A DNA stretch of 64,000 nucleotides from an uncultured virus (IMG/VR IMGVR_UViG_3300005934_000003). Lineage: Duplodnaviria; Heunggongvirae; Uroviricota; Caudoviricetes. The position numbers were made by a program, and so were the translations under genes. The DNA is taken from IMG/VR virus record IMGVR_UViG_3300005934_000003, one strand, 5' to 3'. Every line of letters begins with the position of its first letter. The stretch's first letter is position 1. Under the pieces are notes generated by a model. The model was not told the DNA's origin. It made no database searches and worked only from the letters and a program-made list of their open reading frames with translations. Positions 38,889 to 49,100 of the stretch are shown here, piece after piece.

Positions 38889-40706
38889 CTATTTAGCGTT
38901 TGGTACTTTAATTAGTTTTCCGTATTCCGGCAAATATAAGTATTCAATTTCGCTATTTTTCAACGTATGTAGTGCGTCATCTAGGGATTCTACTAATGGC
39001 TCACCACCTAGATTAAAACTAGTATTAAAGATAATTGGACATTCTGTCTTTTCCTTAAACTTTTTAATCAAATTATAGTAATGTGGATTCTGTTCTTCAG
39101 TAACTGTTTGAATTCTGCAAGTACCATCTACGTGAATAATTGAAGGAATTTTTTCTTTAATTCCTGGTTGACAATTTACAGCGTACATCATACTTGGCGA
39201 TGATTTCATACCTCTTAAATCAAACCATTCGTGTACATCTTCTTCAAGAATTGTACCAGCAAATGGACGGAAGTATTCTCTATGCTTTACAGTATTAACA
39301 AAATCTTTACCGTCTTTTTCTCTTGGATCAAACAAAATGCTTCTGTTACCCAATGCTCTTGGGCCGTTTTCACTTTGTCCTTGGAATAGTGTTACAATGT
39401 TTCTAGATGTTAATAACTCAACTACCATTTCGTTTGAACCTTCTAGAACATCACCACCAATTGCTTCTACTTTTTCTTTAATTTCATCTTCAGTATATGA
39501 ATGTTTAGGACCTAAGTACAAGTTGTCTTTCCAAGTTGTAATAGTTTCGTCTTGTGTAATGCTTCTATGAATGAACATAGCCGCACCCATTGCCGTACCT
39601 GCATCGTTTGAAATAGGTTCAACATATAGATTGATTCCTAAATCTTTTAATCTTTCTAAGTAAAAATAGTTTGCAACACAGTTAAGAGCATAGCCGCCTG
39701 ATAAAACAACATTCTTTTCGCCTGTCATTTCAACTGCTTTTTCAATTAAACGTGCTACTTGTTCTTGCGTTTCAATTTGCGTAGCGTATGCTAAATCTCT
39801 ACGATTTTTTAATACGGTATAGTCACGCTTTTGATCACTACCTGTTGCACCTTGTTCGTTTTCTGTTTCTGAAAATAGTAATGCATTAATTTGTGCACCG
39901 TTAGGATAGTTAGGGCAAATAAAATTTCTATTTGTTAAAGGAATCTTACTTGATTCATCAAACAAAGGTGGAATGTTTTCATTAGGTTCACCATAAGGAA
40001 ATAGTCCCATAGTTTTGCCTGCTTCAATTGAACTAAATCCACAATATTCTGTTGTGGCTTCATATAATTTTGTAATACCTGCTCTGTCACTAATTATGCA
40101 TTCGTGTTTGCCATCTTCATTGTACATTGAACTATCAAATGCAGTATTAATTGCTCCTGGACTTGGTCCACGTAATCCAATGTGTTTATATAATGTCTTA
40201 AAGTTGCTTGGATATTCACAACTAAAAATAGTTTCAGTTTCCCAACCAACAACTTGTTCTCCACCAAAGTTAAGTGGAATAAATGTGCCGGCACCATCCA
40301 CAACAACACCAACTGCTTTATCAAATCCTGATCTATAAAATGACATAGCGGCGTGTAATTTGTGATGCACAAAACTTAAATCAATTACTTGACTGTGTTG
40401 ATAAGGATTGTCTTTTCTATTAATTAATCCTAGTTTACGTGCTAACCCTGTATAAACATTGTCTCCGGTATAATCAATTCTACCTGCTGTTTCTTCAAGA
40501 CTTTGTGTATGTGCTACTACCAAATAATCTAATTTGTCTGTGTAGTCTAAAATTTTAACCATAGAGGCAAAAGGACCTCCATCATATTTTTGTCTTGATA
40601 ATCTTTCTTCTTCTACAGAAAAAACAATTTCTCCGTCCTTTAGTAGACACACTCCTGCATTATGACCTCTGGCAATGCCGGCAATCCAGACTGGTTTCTT
40701 ACTCAT
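38889..40706 (-). CDS. O-carbamoyltransferase (NodU/CmcH family)
   Basis: HNAGVCL, EEERLSRQK, HHKLHAA, VVDGAG, GKTMGL, LSGGYALNCVAN, NDAGTAMGAA, ENGPRALGNRS, KHREYFRPFA, HVDGTCRIQTV, NTSFNLGGEPLV. Confidence 0.95.
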   Translation of the reverse strand: MSKKPVWIAGIARGHNAGVCLLKDGEIVFSVEEERLSRQKYDGGPFASMVKILDYTDKLDYLVVAHTQSLEETAGRIDYTGDNVYTGLARKLGLINRKDNPYQHSQVIDLSFVHHKLHAAMSFYRSGFDKAVGVVVDGAGTFIPLNFGGEQVVGWETETIFSCEYPSNFKTLYKHIGLRGPSPGAINTAFDSSMYNEDGKHECIISDRAGITKLYEATTEYCGFSSIEAGKTMGLFPYGEPNENIPPLFDESSKIPLTNRNFICPNYPNGAQINALLFSETENEQGATGSDQKRDYTVLKNRRDLAYATQIETQEQVARLIEKAVEMTGEKNVVLSGGYALNCVANYFYLERLKDLGINLYVEPISNDAGTAMGAAMFIHRSITQDETITTWKDNLYLGPKHSYTEDEIKEKVEAIGGDVLEGSNEMVVELLTSRNIVTLFQGQSENGPRALGNRSILFDPREKDGKDFVNTVKHREYFRPFAGTILEEDVHEWFDLRGMKSSPSMMYAVNCQPGIKEKIPSIIHVDGTCRIQTVTEEQNPHYYNLIKKFKEKTECPIIFNTSFNLGGEPLVESLDDALHTLKNSEIEYLYLPEYGKLIKVPNAK

Positions 40707-41899
40707 TATTTTTTCTCCTGTGATGGATTTAGAAATGGAGGTAAGTTATTCGACGCTGAACTTCCAATTCCAAATTGTGATGTAGTTGTATTTGCAACCG
40801 AAGCCGGTGTTGGCATTGGTTGTTGAGGCATCTGCATAGGTTGATGCTGATGCATTTGTCCGTGATCGTGTACTACACCGTGTACAGGACATACTTGTCC
40901 TTGTTGTTGTTCGCCTTCACCTTTAAGTTTTGCTAGTTTAACATCTTCTTTGTGAGGGAATTTTTTAACAAGATCAACGCCTGCTTTAATAATATCATCT
41001 TCTTGTTTATTAGACATTTCATTAATACCGTCATTCATTCTATCAGTTGACTCGTCTGGTGCAATTCTAATAGGTGCATAACGTCTACTTGTTTCTCCTA
41101 AGTCAATAATTTTAACTTTATCATCATTAGGATAAGAAATGTTTACAGGATATGTAGAGGCAATAACAGCAACAACAGGAGTTTCTGTTGCATAAGCAAT
41201 ATGTTGTCCTACACTATCACAACCTACAAATAAATCTGCGGCCTTAATTAATCCTGACCATTGTCTTAGCGTAATACCGTGTGGTTGTGGAATTGGTACA
41301 GTAAACTGTTCACTGCCAAAATCAATTTGCATTTCGGCCATAACCATTGTAGCATAACCCTTCTTTTGAAATTTTTGAATTAGAGAAACTAAATTAGAAT
41401 AGTCAATGCTTCTTGATGTGCTATCATTAAACACACCATCACGGTAATCAATTCCACGCCCGAAAGGTTGAATAATAACAACCTTGTCTTTACCAGTCAT
41501 TTTCTTAACTTCGTTCATTGTAATAACACCGTTAAGTTTTTCATCCTTGCTCAACTTCAAGGATGGTCTAGGTAATTTTCTTGGTGCTGATAATTTATTG
41601 ATTTCAATATCAAAAGACTGTGCTAAATTGGCTTCTTGATTATAATAATGCCATACCCTATAAGGTTCTGGACTTACACAGTTTCTTTCTTTGATTTTAT
41701 CCTGAAATAAATTTTTATGCCATACATCGTATGCTCTATGATCTAAATCCGGATGCCCTTTATAAAATTCTGTTCCACCTTCACAAACAATGATAAAATC
41801 ATCATCTGGGTGTTCTTCTTTAAATTTTTCAAAAGCGGGAATTGAAGTAATAACTCTACCTGCACCGCCATTGATAAAAAACGCTGTTGATCTGTTCAT
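40706..41899 (-). CDS. GT-B glycosyltransferase, GT9/heptosyltransferase-like
   Basis: GGAGRVITSIPA, IIQPFG, LRQWSGLIKAADLFVGCDSVGQHIAYATETPVV match the GT9 DS..H.A.A..P.V pattern; His/Gln-rich tail. Confidence 0.65.
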   Translation of the reverse strand: MNRSTAFFINGGAGRVITSIPAFEKFKEEHPDDDFIIVCEGGTEFYKGHPDLDHRAYDVWHKNLFQDKIKERNCVSPEPYRVWHYYNQEANLAQSFDIEINKLSAPRKLPRPSLKLSKDEKLNGVITMNEVKKMTGKDKVVIIQPFGRGIDYRDGVFNDSTSRSIDYSNLVSLIQKFQKKGYATMVMAEMQIDFGSEQFTVPIPQPHGITLRQWSGLIKAADLFVGCDSVGQHIAYATETPVVAVIASTYPVNISYPNDDKVKIIDLGETSRRYAPIRIAPDESTDRMNDGINEMSNKQEDDIIKAGVDLVKKFPHKEDVKLAKLKGEGEQQQGQVCPVHGVVHDHGQMHQHQPMQMPQQPMPTPASVANTTTSQFGIGSSASNNLPPFLNPSQEKK

Positions 41900-41978
41900 T
41901 TTGTTCCTCTAAATTATCTACGTGTTTATTACGCATAGATATTTACCGGGTAGTTCTGAACGTGATCTAAATTATGGT

Positions 41979-42836
41979 TTAGGTATTTGTGGAAGTGTCC
42001 ATAGGTGAATTTGACACATCTAATGGTTCATCACCGTCCAACTGTACTGCATCGTCCATAGCACTTGCTAAGATCTCTGCAGGCATAATAGGTTGTTGTA
42101 CCTGTATTTGTCCTGGAGGTGGATCATCTGACTCTTGAACAGTTTGTGCTCTAGGATCTTGTGGGAAAGGAACCATCCAAGGATCCCATTGAGCAGTTGG
42201 AAATTTAGTAGAAATTGCTTCTAAATCTGCTTTCATTACACCCATAGCAGTTGCTAAATCAGTGTTTCCTAGGTCTGTGTACTCTGTAATTGCAGTAGCA
42301 CACTCTTCAATTAAACGATTTTTTGCATCGTTAAATGTATCCCAATCCATATGTGGATTTTTCCAAGGAAAAGGTTTAACCCATTCGTTAGCAATAAAAT
42401 CATATTGAATATCACCAACTTCATATGTGTGATCTGGTGTAGGAATAGTTGCACGTGAATAATATACAGTTGTGTCGCTTGGATCTACATCTGTTCTTGT
42501 GAATTCTGTTTGAGGAAAATCTGCTTGATCAATTTCCATCCAAAGTAATGCGGCCAAAAGTGGCTCTGCTCTAGCATCAACTAAAATGCTTCTTTCTGCC
42601 TGACCTGCTCTAGCAACAAGTTTATCTCTTTGTTCCGTAGTACCGTCGTATGCTTCTGTGTCATTTTGCGGTAATACTTTACCTGTGTCAGCGTTAACAA
42701 AGCAATAAAACTTTGCTGGACCTGTATATGTAAAGTCTGCTGTAAGACCTAATTCACTAGTCTTGTATAGATATTTGTCTGGTAGATCGTAAGTAAAGTC
42801 TACATTAATGTTTGGAATTTCATTTAATCCTGGCAT
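41979..42836 (-). CDS. Acidic protein, possible fibre-tip assembly chaperone
   Basis: Follows three Cys-rich genes; helical C-terminal half ending in WMVPFPQDP resembles tail assembly chaperones; paralog of 14974..15474. Confidence 0.45.
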   Translation of the reverse strand: MPGLNEIPNINVDFTYDLPDKYLYKTSELGLTADFTYTGPAKFYCFVNADTGKVLPQNDTEAYDGTTEQRDKLVARAGQAERSILVDARAEPLLAALLWMEIDQADFPQTEFTRTDVDPSDTTVYYSRATIPTPDHTYEVGDIQYDFIANEWVKPFPWKNPHMDWDTFNDAKNRLIEECATAITEYTDLGNTDLATAMGVMKADLEAISTKFPTAQWDPWMVPFPQDPRAQTVQESDDPPPGQIQVQQPIMPAEILASAMDDAVQLDGDEPLDVSNSPMDTSTNT

Positions 42837-42858
42837 ATTATTCTCCTGTCCCCTTTAT

Positions 42859-43707
42859 TTACGTTTGATACCAAGTAATTCTAATCATTCCTGGAGCACC
42901 ATAAGATCCACAATGGCAGTGTCCTGACCAAGTGTAGAATGTTACGCCGCCAAATCCTGGAACGTACTGTGGTGAAAGTCTTGACCAACCAATATTGTTA
43001 GCCGCTGAACAGTTAACATAAGTGTCAAAGTGTCTACCACCTACACCTACTCCAACTGTACCACCACATTTGTTAACTAATCCGCCTGGATATGGTAAGA
43101 AGTGTTTGTAACAACAATGGTCACCACAACTTCTATGTTGCCACCAACCACGCACACCGCCCATACATAGGTCACCACCAAATGCACACGCAACGCCATC
43201 GTTTTCTTGACATCCACAGCACCAAGAACGACAGTTACAGTAACCTGTTACATAACAACCGTAACCTGGGAAACAATATGAACAACCTGGCTTACCGCCT
43301 TCTGCACAGAAGTTTGATAAACTAGGTCCTTTAATTGAGGATTCACATCCTCTAAATCCGTTTCTACCGTTGTGACAACAAGCACCTTCACCTAAACATA
43401 GATCATAACAGCAACCTGATGTAACACCAATAGTTTTTCTAACGTATGCACCTGAACCACCCGGTGAACCACCCATACAACAGCAGTTTACACCACCGCC
43501 GCCACCTGAGCCCCACGCTTCGAATGTAGCACGAACGGCGTCAACTGGTACAATAAATGCAAAACAGCAGTATTGTTGATAGTTACCAAATGATGGACAA
43601 CTCCAACAAGATGATCTATACATTAATGTACAACCGCCTGGTAAATCTGTTGTAGATTCTCCTTGTGGTAGTACTAAATCTGATACGTAGGATGATAACT
43701 GTGCCAT
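42859..43707 (-). CDS. Cys/Gly-rich putative fibre-tip adhesin, paralog 3
   Basis: 32 Cys in 282 aa by hand count; EAWGSGGGGG..CCC, GGSGAY, NFCAEGG, GAPGMIRITW. Confidence 0.65.
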   Translation of the reverse strand: MAQLSSYVSDLVLPQGESTTDLPGGCTLMYRSSCWSCPSFGNYQQYCCFAFIVPVDAVRATFEAWGSGGGGGVNCCCMGGSPGGSGAYVRKTIGVTSGCCYDLCLGEGACCHNGRNGFRGCESSIKGPSLSNFCAEGGKPGCSYCFPGYGCYVTGYCNCRSWCCGCQENDGVACAFGGDLCMGGVRGWWQHRSCGDHCCYKHFLPYPGGLVNKCGGTVGVGVGGRHFDTYVNCSAANNIGWSRLSPQYVPGFGGVTFYTWSGHCHCGSYGAPGMIRITWYQT

Positions 43708-43727
43708 ACTAATATTTACCTTCTATT

Positions 43728-44585
43728 TTAACTTTCCTCGTTCCAAGTTACTCTTACAAAACCTGCGTTTCCTGGATAACCGTAACAACAACCGCCACCG
43801 CAAGATGTTGCAGATTGTCCACCAACAGCAGGTGTTAAGCCTGATTCACCAGTCGCCCAACCAATATCAAATACGCATCGTGCCCAGTGTGAGTAACAAG
43901 CGTTACCCATATTTTGTGTAGTTGAGTGACCACCATTTTTATTAACTAATCCTCCCGGATAAGCATAACCTAATTTCCAATAACAAGGACCACAGTTACA
44001 TTGTGCCCACATAAACGATGGTCTACCATAAGTACCACCATCTGCACCGTAGTATAATTGACAACATAAACAACAGTATTGTTCTGTGTAGTAGTAACCA
44101 CAGTTGTTACCTTGACACTGTGAGTAACCCCACATAATCCAACAACAAGTTTTTCCTGGCACACCACCTTCAACACATAAGTTTGTTAATCCTGGTCCTT
44201 CAATATAACCTTTACATCCAATAATACCGCAACAACATCTTGAACAACAAGTAGGTGGTCCTGGATAAAACGCATAACAATCACCTGAATTGAATGCTCC
44301 ACCATTTGCTACGGATTTAATACATTTATAAGCATACGCACCTGAACCGCCTGGTACACCTTGTTGACAACAACAAGCGCCACCGCCTGATCCACCACCT
44401 GCCCATACTTCCATTTTCGCACAGTTGGCTCCGTTTGGCATACACCAATATAGATAACAGTTACCAGCATAATCTGAGTTACAGTAACACTGACAGTGAG
44501 GGAAGAAGACTACCTGACAACCTGGTTCTAAAGGTCTGATATCATTTGGACTAACTGCGCCTATAAGTGATTTTAAATTTGCCAT
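43728..44585 (-). CDS. Cys/Gly-rich putative fibre-tip adhesin, paralog 2
   Basis: 35 Cys in 285 aa by hand count; EVWAGGGSGGGACCC, GGSGAY, NLCVEGG, GNAGFVRVTW. Confidence 0.65.
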   Translation of the reverse strand: MANLKSLIGAVSPNDIRPLEPGCQVVFFPHCQCYCNSDYAGNCYLYWCMPNGANCAKMEVWAGGGSGGGACCCQQGVPGGSGAYAYKCIKSVANGGAFNSGDCYAFYPGPPTCCSRCCCGIIGCKGYIEGPGLTNLCVEGGVPGKTCCWIMWGYSQCQGNNCGYYYTEQYCCLCCQLYYGADGGTYGRPSFMWAQCNCGPCYWKLGYAYPGGLVNKNGGHSTTQNMGNACYSHWARCVFDIGWATGESGLTPAVGGQSATSCGGGCCYGYPGNAGFVRVTWNEES

Positions 44586-44603
44586 ATTATATCATTTCCT
44601 CTC

Positions 44604-45455
44604 TTACGGATCCAATGTTATTCTTACAAGACCCGGACCGCCTGGGCCTCCACAGTAACAGTTGCCGCCTAGTGCCGAACCTGTGATACCACCTTGTCCT
44701 GGTGCTCTCTGGTGAGAACCACCACCACCGATCATACCTTGTCCTGCTCTACAACCATCAAAGCCACCTGGCATATTATAAGCACAGAATCTGTACATAT
44801 CCCATCTGTAACCTTGCATAGTTAAGTGTCCTGGCATTGGTACGTAGTGTTTGTACCAACAAGAGTTGTTGTTTTGACAGTGTGTTGCAATACCACCAAG
44901 TCTACCTGGTAATCCTGAATCTCCACCAAACCAACAAGCACAACAGTTATCGTATCTTGGGTCTAAACATACACCACAACCGATACAGTTAAACATAAAA
45001 CATAAAGAACAGCCACTAGCGCCGCCTTCTGCACAGAAATTACTGTGCCAATAATTATTACAAATCCAAGTTTTACAACCTCTATAACCACAAGAGAAAA
45101 CCGGTGAACAACAAGCCGGTGGTGCAATACAAATTTGAAATTCTTGTTTACAGTTGTTGTAATTTTGCACACACTTTCTTGTGTATGCACCTGCTCCAGC
45201 AGTGAAACCCCATTGACAACAGCACACACCTGCGCCGCCGCCTCCGCCGCCCCACATTTCTATGAGCATATTGTTTACTGAAGGGTCAGGGTAAAAGCAG
45301 TGTTCGTGACGACATTGGTCTCTGTTATGCGAAATACCACAGTGTTGTGTAAATGTTACCTGACAGGTATAATATTTCCTGCAGGGACTATTTGGTGAGT
45401 TCGCATCGAAATCGTTCTTACTCGCTTTGTCTAGTAAACTTTTTAAATTTGCCAT
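44604..45455 (-). CDS. Cys/Gly-rich putative fibre-tip adhesin, paralog 1
   Basis: 31 Cys in 283 aa by hand count; EMWGGGGGGAGVCCC, GAGAY, NFCAEGG, GGPGLVRITL. Confidence 0.65.
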   Translation of the reverse strand: MANLKSLLDKASKNDFDANSPNSPCRKYYTCQVTFTQHCGISHNRDQCRHEHCFYPDPSVNNMLIEMWGGGGGGAGVCCCQWGFTAGAGAYTRKCVQNYNNCKQEFQICIAPPACCSPVFSCGYRGCKTWICNNYWHSNFCAEGGASGCSLCFMFNCIGCGVCLDPRYDNCCACWFGGDSGLPGRLGGIATHCQNNNSCWYKHYVPMPGHLTMQGYRWDMYRFCAYNMPGGFDGCRAGQGMIGGGGSHQRAPGQGGITGSALGGNCYCGGPGGPGLVRITLDP

Positions 45456-45501
45456 CTGCTCTTATCCTTTTACTTAATGCTTAACTGTATTTAACCTAAA
45501 A

Positions 45502-45828
45502 TTAGATTAAAATCCAGCCGTAAGTTGCGCCTGAGTACATAATAGTTACAGTAGCATTTTGTAAGTTAAGATCCAAATCTTCTGTTAAGTTTTGAATTTC
45601 ACTTCCATTTCTTGCCAAAGTAACGTTATTTGTACTAAACGAACCAGTAACATCAATAACTTGGATAGTATCACCAACTTGTAGTGTAGCATTTGCTGGC
45701 AAAGTAATAGTAAAAGCACCTGCAGACGAGTTTGCTAAAATTCTGTCATTAACTCTAGCCGTATACGCTCCAGAAACTTCCACGATACTAGCACCGCTTG
45801 TTCCAGTTGTTGTAATGTATCTTCCCAT
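45502..45828 (-). CDS. Small fibre-associated domain protein (similar to T4 gp34 N-terminal-type modules)
   Basis: GAFTITLPA...GDTIQVID..GSFSTNNVTLARNG..I...YSGATYGW. Confidence 0.55.
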   Translation of the reverse strand: MGRYITTTGTSGASIVEVSGAYTARVNDRILANSSAGAFTITLPANATLQVGDTIQVIDVTGSFSTNNVTLARNGSEIQNLTEDLDLNLQNATVTIMYSGATYGWILI

Positions 45829-45858
45829 TTTATTTTATCCTTCTAACGTTATTTATTT

Positions 45859-46176
45859 CTAAACTGCTGTTTCAATGCCCATAACCACTACAGACATATT
45901 ACCAGTGCTTGTCCACGCGACTATTTTCTTACCCGCATCTAGTACTAAACCGGTTCTTTCTAAAACTCCTTTGGATAAAACTTCTGTATCATATTCTACC
46001 CATTCAGAATCTAGAGGAACATCAGCGGCCGCCACTGCTAATCTAACAGCACAAGCCGAATTATCACGGTTGCACATTGAAACAGTGACAACTGAGTATG
46101 TACTAGCCGGCGTTGTATACACGGTAGTATTAGTACCTGTATTAAGATTTGCCGCTCCTAGTCTTCCTGTTGCCAT
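45859..46176 (-). CDS. Small beta-sandwich fibre adaptor
   Basis: 105 aa; TTVYTTPA, VSMCNR, LERTGLVLDAG; paralogous to 59788..60117 and 63813..64000. Confidence 0.6.
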   Translation of the reverse strand: MATGRLGAANLNTGTNTTVYTTPASTYSVVTVSMCNRDNSACAVRLAVAAADVPLDSEWVEYDTEVLSKGVLERTGLVLDAGKKIVAWTSTGNMSVVVMGIETAV

Positions 46177-46191
46177 ATTTTTTCTCCTTTT

Positions 46192-49100
46192 TTACGATAA
46201 TAAGTATCTTTGCAACGCTACTATATCACCATCTACTCCGCCTAAGAAATTAACTTTGGCTTTAACTTTGATTTCAACCCCAGTAGTTGTAGATATTTGA
46301 TCTTCTTTGATCTCTACAACACCTGCAGTCATAATATTTACGTTCAATTCGGAATTACCACCACCAATTTGGGAGTTAATATAAGTTCGAATTGCTCGTT
46401 GTGTCGGTACAACACTATCCGAGTTAGCCGCAAACGTTCCGTCTGTACTAAATTCTGTAATAGTTGCACCTGTTCCTCCAAGTTCTACTGAACCCAGTGA
46501 AAGTTCGTTTAGACCAGCAATATTAAATGCGTCAGCATCAAGTGTCGCAACACCAGTGGACTGTTCAACACTGAACAATTCACCTACTCTAAAGTTACCA
46601 TCTTGGTCAGTTGATGTGTAGAATACTCTACCACCACCTGCTTGGTATGTTTCTTTAGTAGCATCCGGTTCGATTGTAGGAATGCCTGGATAATTTGTAG
46701 TAGCAAGTCCACCAGTACCTACATCTAAGAAGTCGTGTCCTGTTAGTCGAACCTGTGAATATCTAATTCTCAATTCAACCGCATCACCGTGTTCTGGTGC
46801 ATTGTCAACAGGAACATCTGGACTTAACTGTAATCTTGCAGTGAATGGTCCACTTCCTAATAATTCTCTCACAGTAACCAACTTGAAGTAAGGATCGTTT
46901 AATCCTTTAGTTGCTGGTACTACTGATAATCCGTTTGTAATTACATTTGTCATTATACCAGTCAAGTATGTTACTTTTGATACTGTACCAGTTTCGCCGT
47001 CGTTACCTAAAATAGTTTGTGTAGTAACAACTGGACTCTGTAAACTTGAATGTGCAGTATTTGTTAAAATGTAATTGTTGATAATATCTCTTAATTCATT
47101 AATCGAAGCAACAGTCTGTTGTTGTTGACCTGCAACCTGTGAAGTTGCGCCGTCCCAATAAAGTTTTGATGCTTTAATAGTTTCAGTGTTACCACCATAC
47201 TTAAGATCAAATGCCAATGCGTCAACAATGTAACCTGTGTCTCTTTCACACTTGGTTGCATCATATGTAAAGCCTGACCATATACCTGTTCCTGCTGTAA
47301 TCTGTGCTTCAATCCAAGCAATAACTTCGTCTTTCAAGTATTCTTTGTTTGTTGTTAATAACTCATATGCATTTGTATAAGTTATGTTTGTAATACCTGA
47401 GAATGTTACGTTCGAACCTGCTTTAGGTGACGCTGTTAACCCTTCAACAAAAATTTGTGATCCTGGTTGATATGTATCTTGATAACCATCGCCTGTAACA
47501 GTTGCGTTAGCAGTTTCGTAACCAATACCTCTGTTACTAATTGTTGGATTACCTAATGCTCCGTTACCAACTCTAACTTCTACCGGTGCTTCAACTGTGT
47601 TTGAAGGATCAGTAATTGTAAGTGTTGGAACTGTTGCATAACCTGAACCTGGTTCAAGAATCTTCATATCAGCAATTTTGCCTGTTGCCACTCTTGCTCT
47701 AATAAATGGCTTACAACCTGTTAAAATTCTATTTTGTGAAGTTGTAGAAGTTTGAATTCTGTACCAAGTTGGTGTATTGCTTGGATTACCAAAAATAATG
47801 TTTTGGAATCTTGAAACACTTCCTAAACCTGTACCGGTTCTTGAAGTCCAAGTAATACCATCTGGTGAAGTTGCCATTTCTTGACCAGTTCCTAAACTGC
47901 CAACTGTGAATGTTAAATCTGTTCCGCCAGCATTACCAATGTCGCTATCTGCGATTGTAAACACTTCTGTACCATCGTACCAACGACCTGGGTTAACAAT
48001 AGTAACTGTCGCGGCACCTACATCACTAATTTCAACTTTAACACCTAAACCAGTACCTGTACCGTTAGGATTAGTTCCGCCGCCTGTATAACTGCTTGGT
48101 GAAATGTAATAAGTTGCTTCAGGTCTTAATGCATCAGTTCCGCCACCTGTAATTGTTACAGAACCTGCACCACCTTGTGCACCTTGTGTTGCAACAAACT
48201 CACCCATACCGTATGCAATAAACGGACCGTAATCGTTACCTCTGTTACCTGCTAACGGGAATGAAGTGTTTTCTGACCAACTTGAAATATTCATTGACCA
48301 AAATTGTCTACCGCTGTCTGTTAATACAATAAATCTTCCTCTACCGTAAGCAATTGAACTATAATCTGCTCCACCGCCGCCAGCGTAAGTGTTTAAAGTA
48401 GTTAGACCAACAGTATTCCAAGTAATACCATCAACTGATCTTGCAATCTGTCCATCTTCTGAAAGTGCAACAAACTCGCCTCTACCAAATACCATATCAA
48501 CATAGTTTCCGCCTGCGGTTGCTGGTAGTGTAGTTTGAGTCCAAGTTTGACCGTCTGTTGAGTACATACCTGCTGTACCTAGTGATATTACAACCCATCT
48601 ACCGTTGCCGTAAACTGTTTTAACCCAATTACCGCCTGCTGGGAAAGTAACAGCACTCCAAGTATCACCGTTATCATTTGAATAGTTGTGGCTAGTACCT
48701 GTGTTTGTGATAGCAACAAGATTGTCGCCGCCGTCACCTGCAATTGACTGCCAAGGACCGCCTGCTGTTAAGTTACCTGCCGCTGACCAAGTGCTACCAT
48801 CTGTTGATTTAACAATAGTATTAACGTTATTACCCATAACAAATAATCTACCGTTATTGTATCCAGCCGCGAATCTGTTAATTTGTAAATTAGGTCCAAT
48901 GTTAACTGAACTATCAGCAAATCCTGGATGTGGAATAGTTACTCTTGGTTCAATTTCATATTTTGTTGTACCATCAAGTAATGATGAAATAGCAGTACCT
49001 GGAATAATATGATCCCAACCTGCTGTGCCATCTGATTCTTTGAAAACAGTTGCAGTTTTTGAACCTGCACCGTATGTTCCAATGTAACCATACTGACCAA

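Noticed and set aside
38889..41899. Carbamoyltransferase and GT as a DNA hypermodification module
   Set aside because: No nucleotide-modifying partners nearby, and the pair sits behind a late promoter among fibre genes; not excluded, but less supported than virion modification
42859..45455. Diversity-generating retroelement, or RiPP/metallothionein precursors, as an explanation for the Cys-rich triplet
   Set aside because: No reverse transcriptase and no near-identical TR/VR pair were seen; the paralogs are diverged throughout; their size and Gly-motif pattern fit a folded adhesin better than a short precursor peptide
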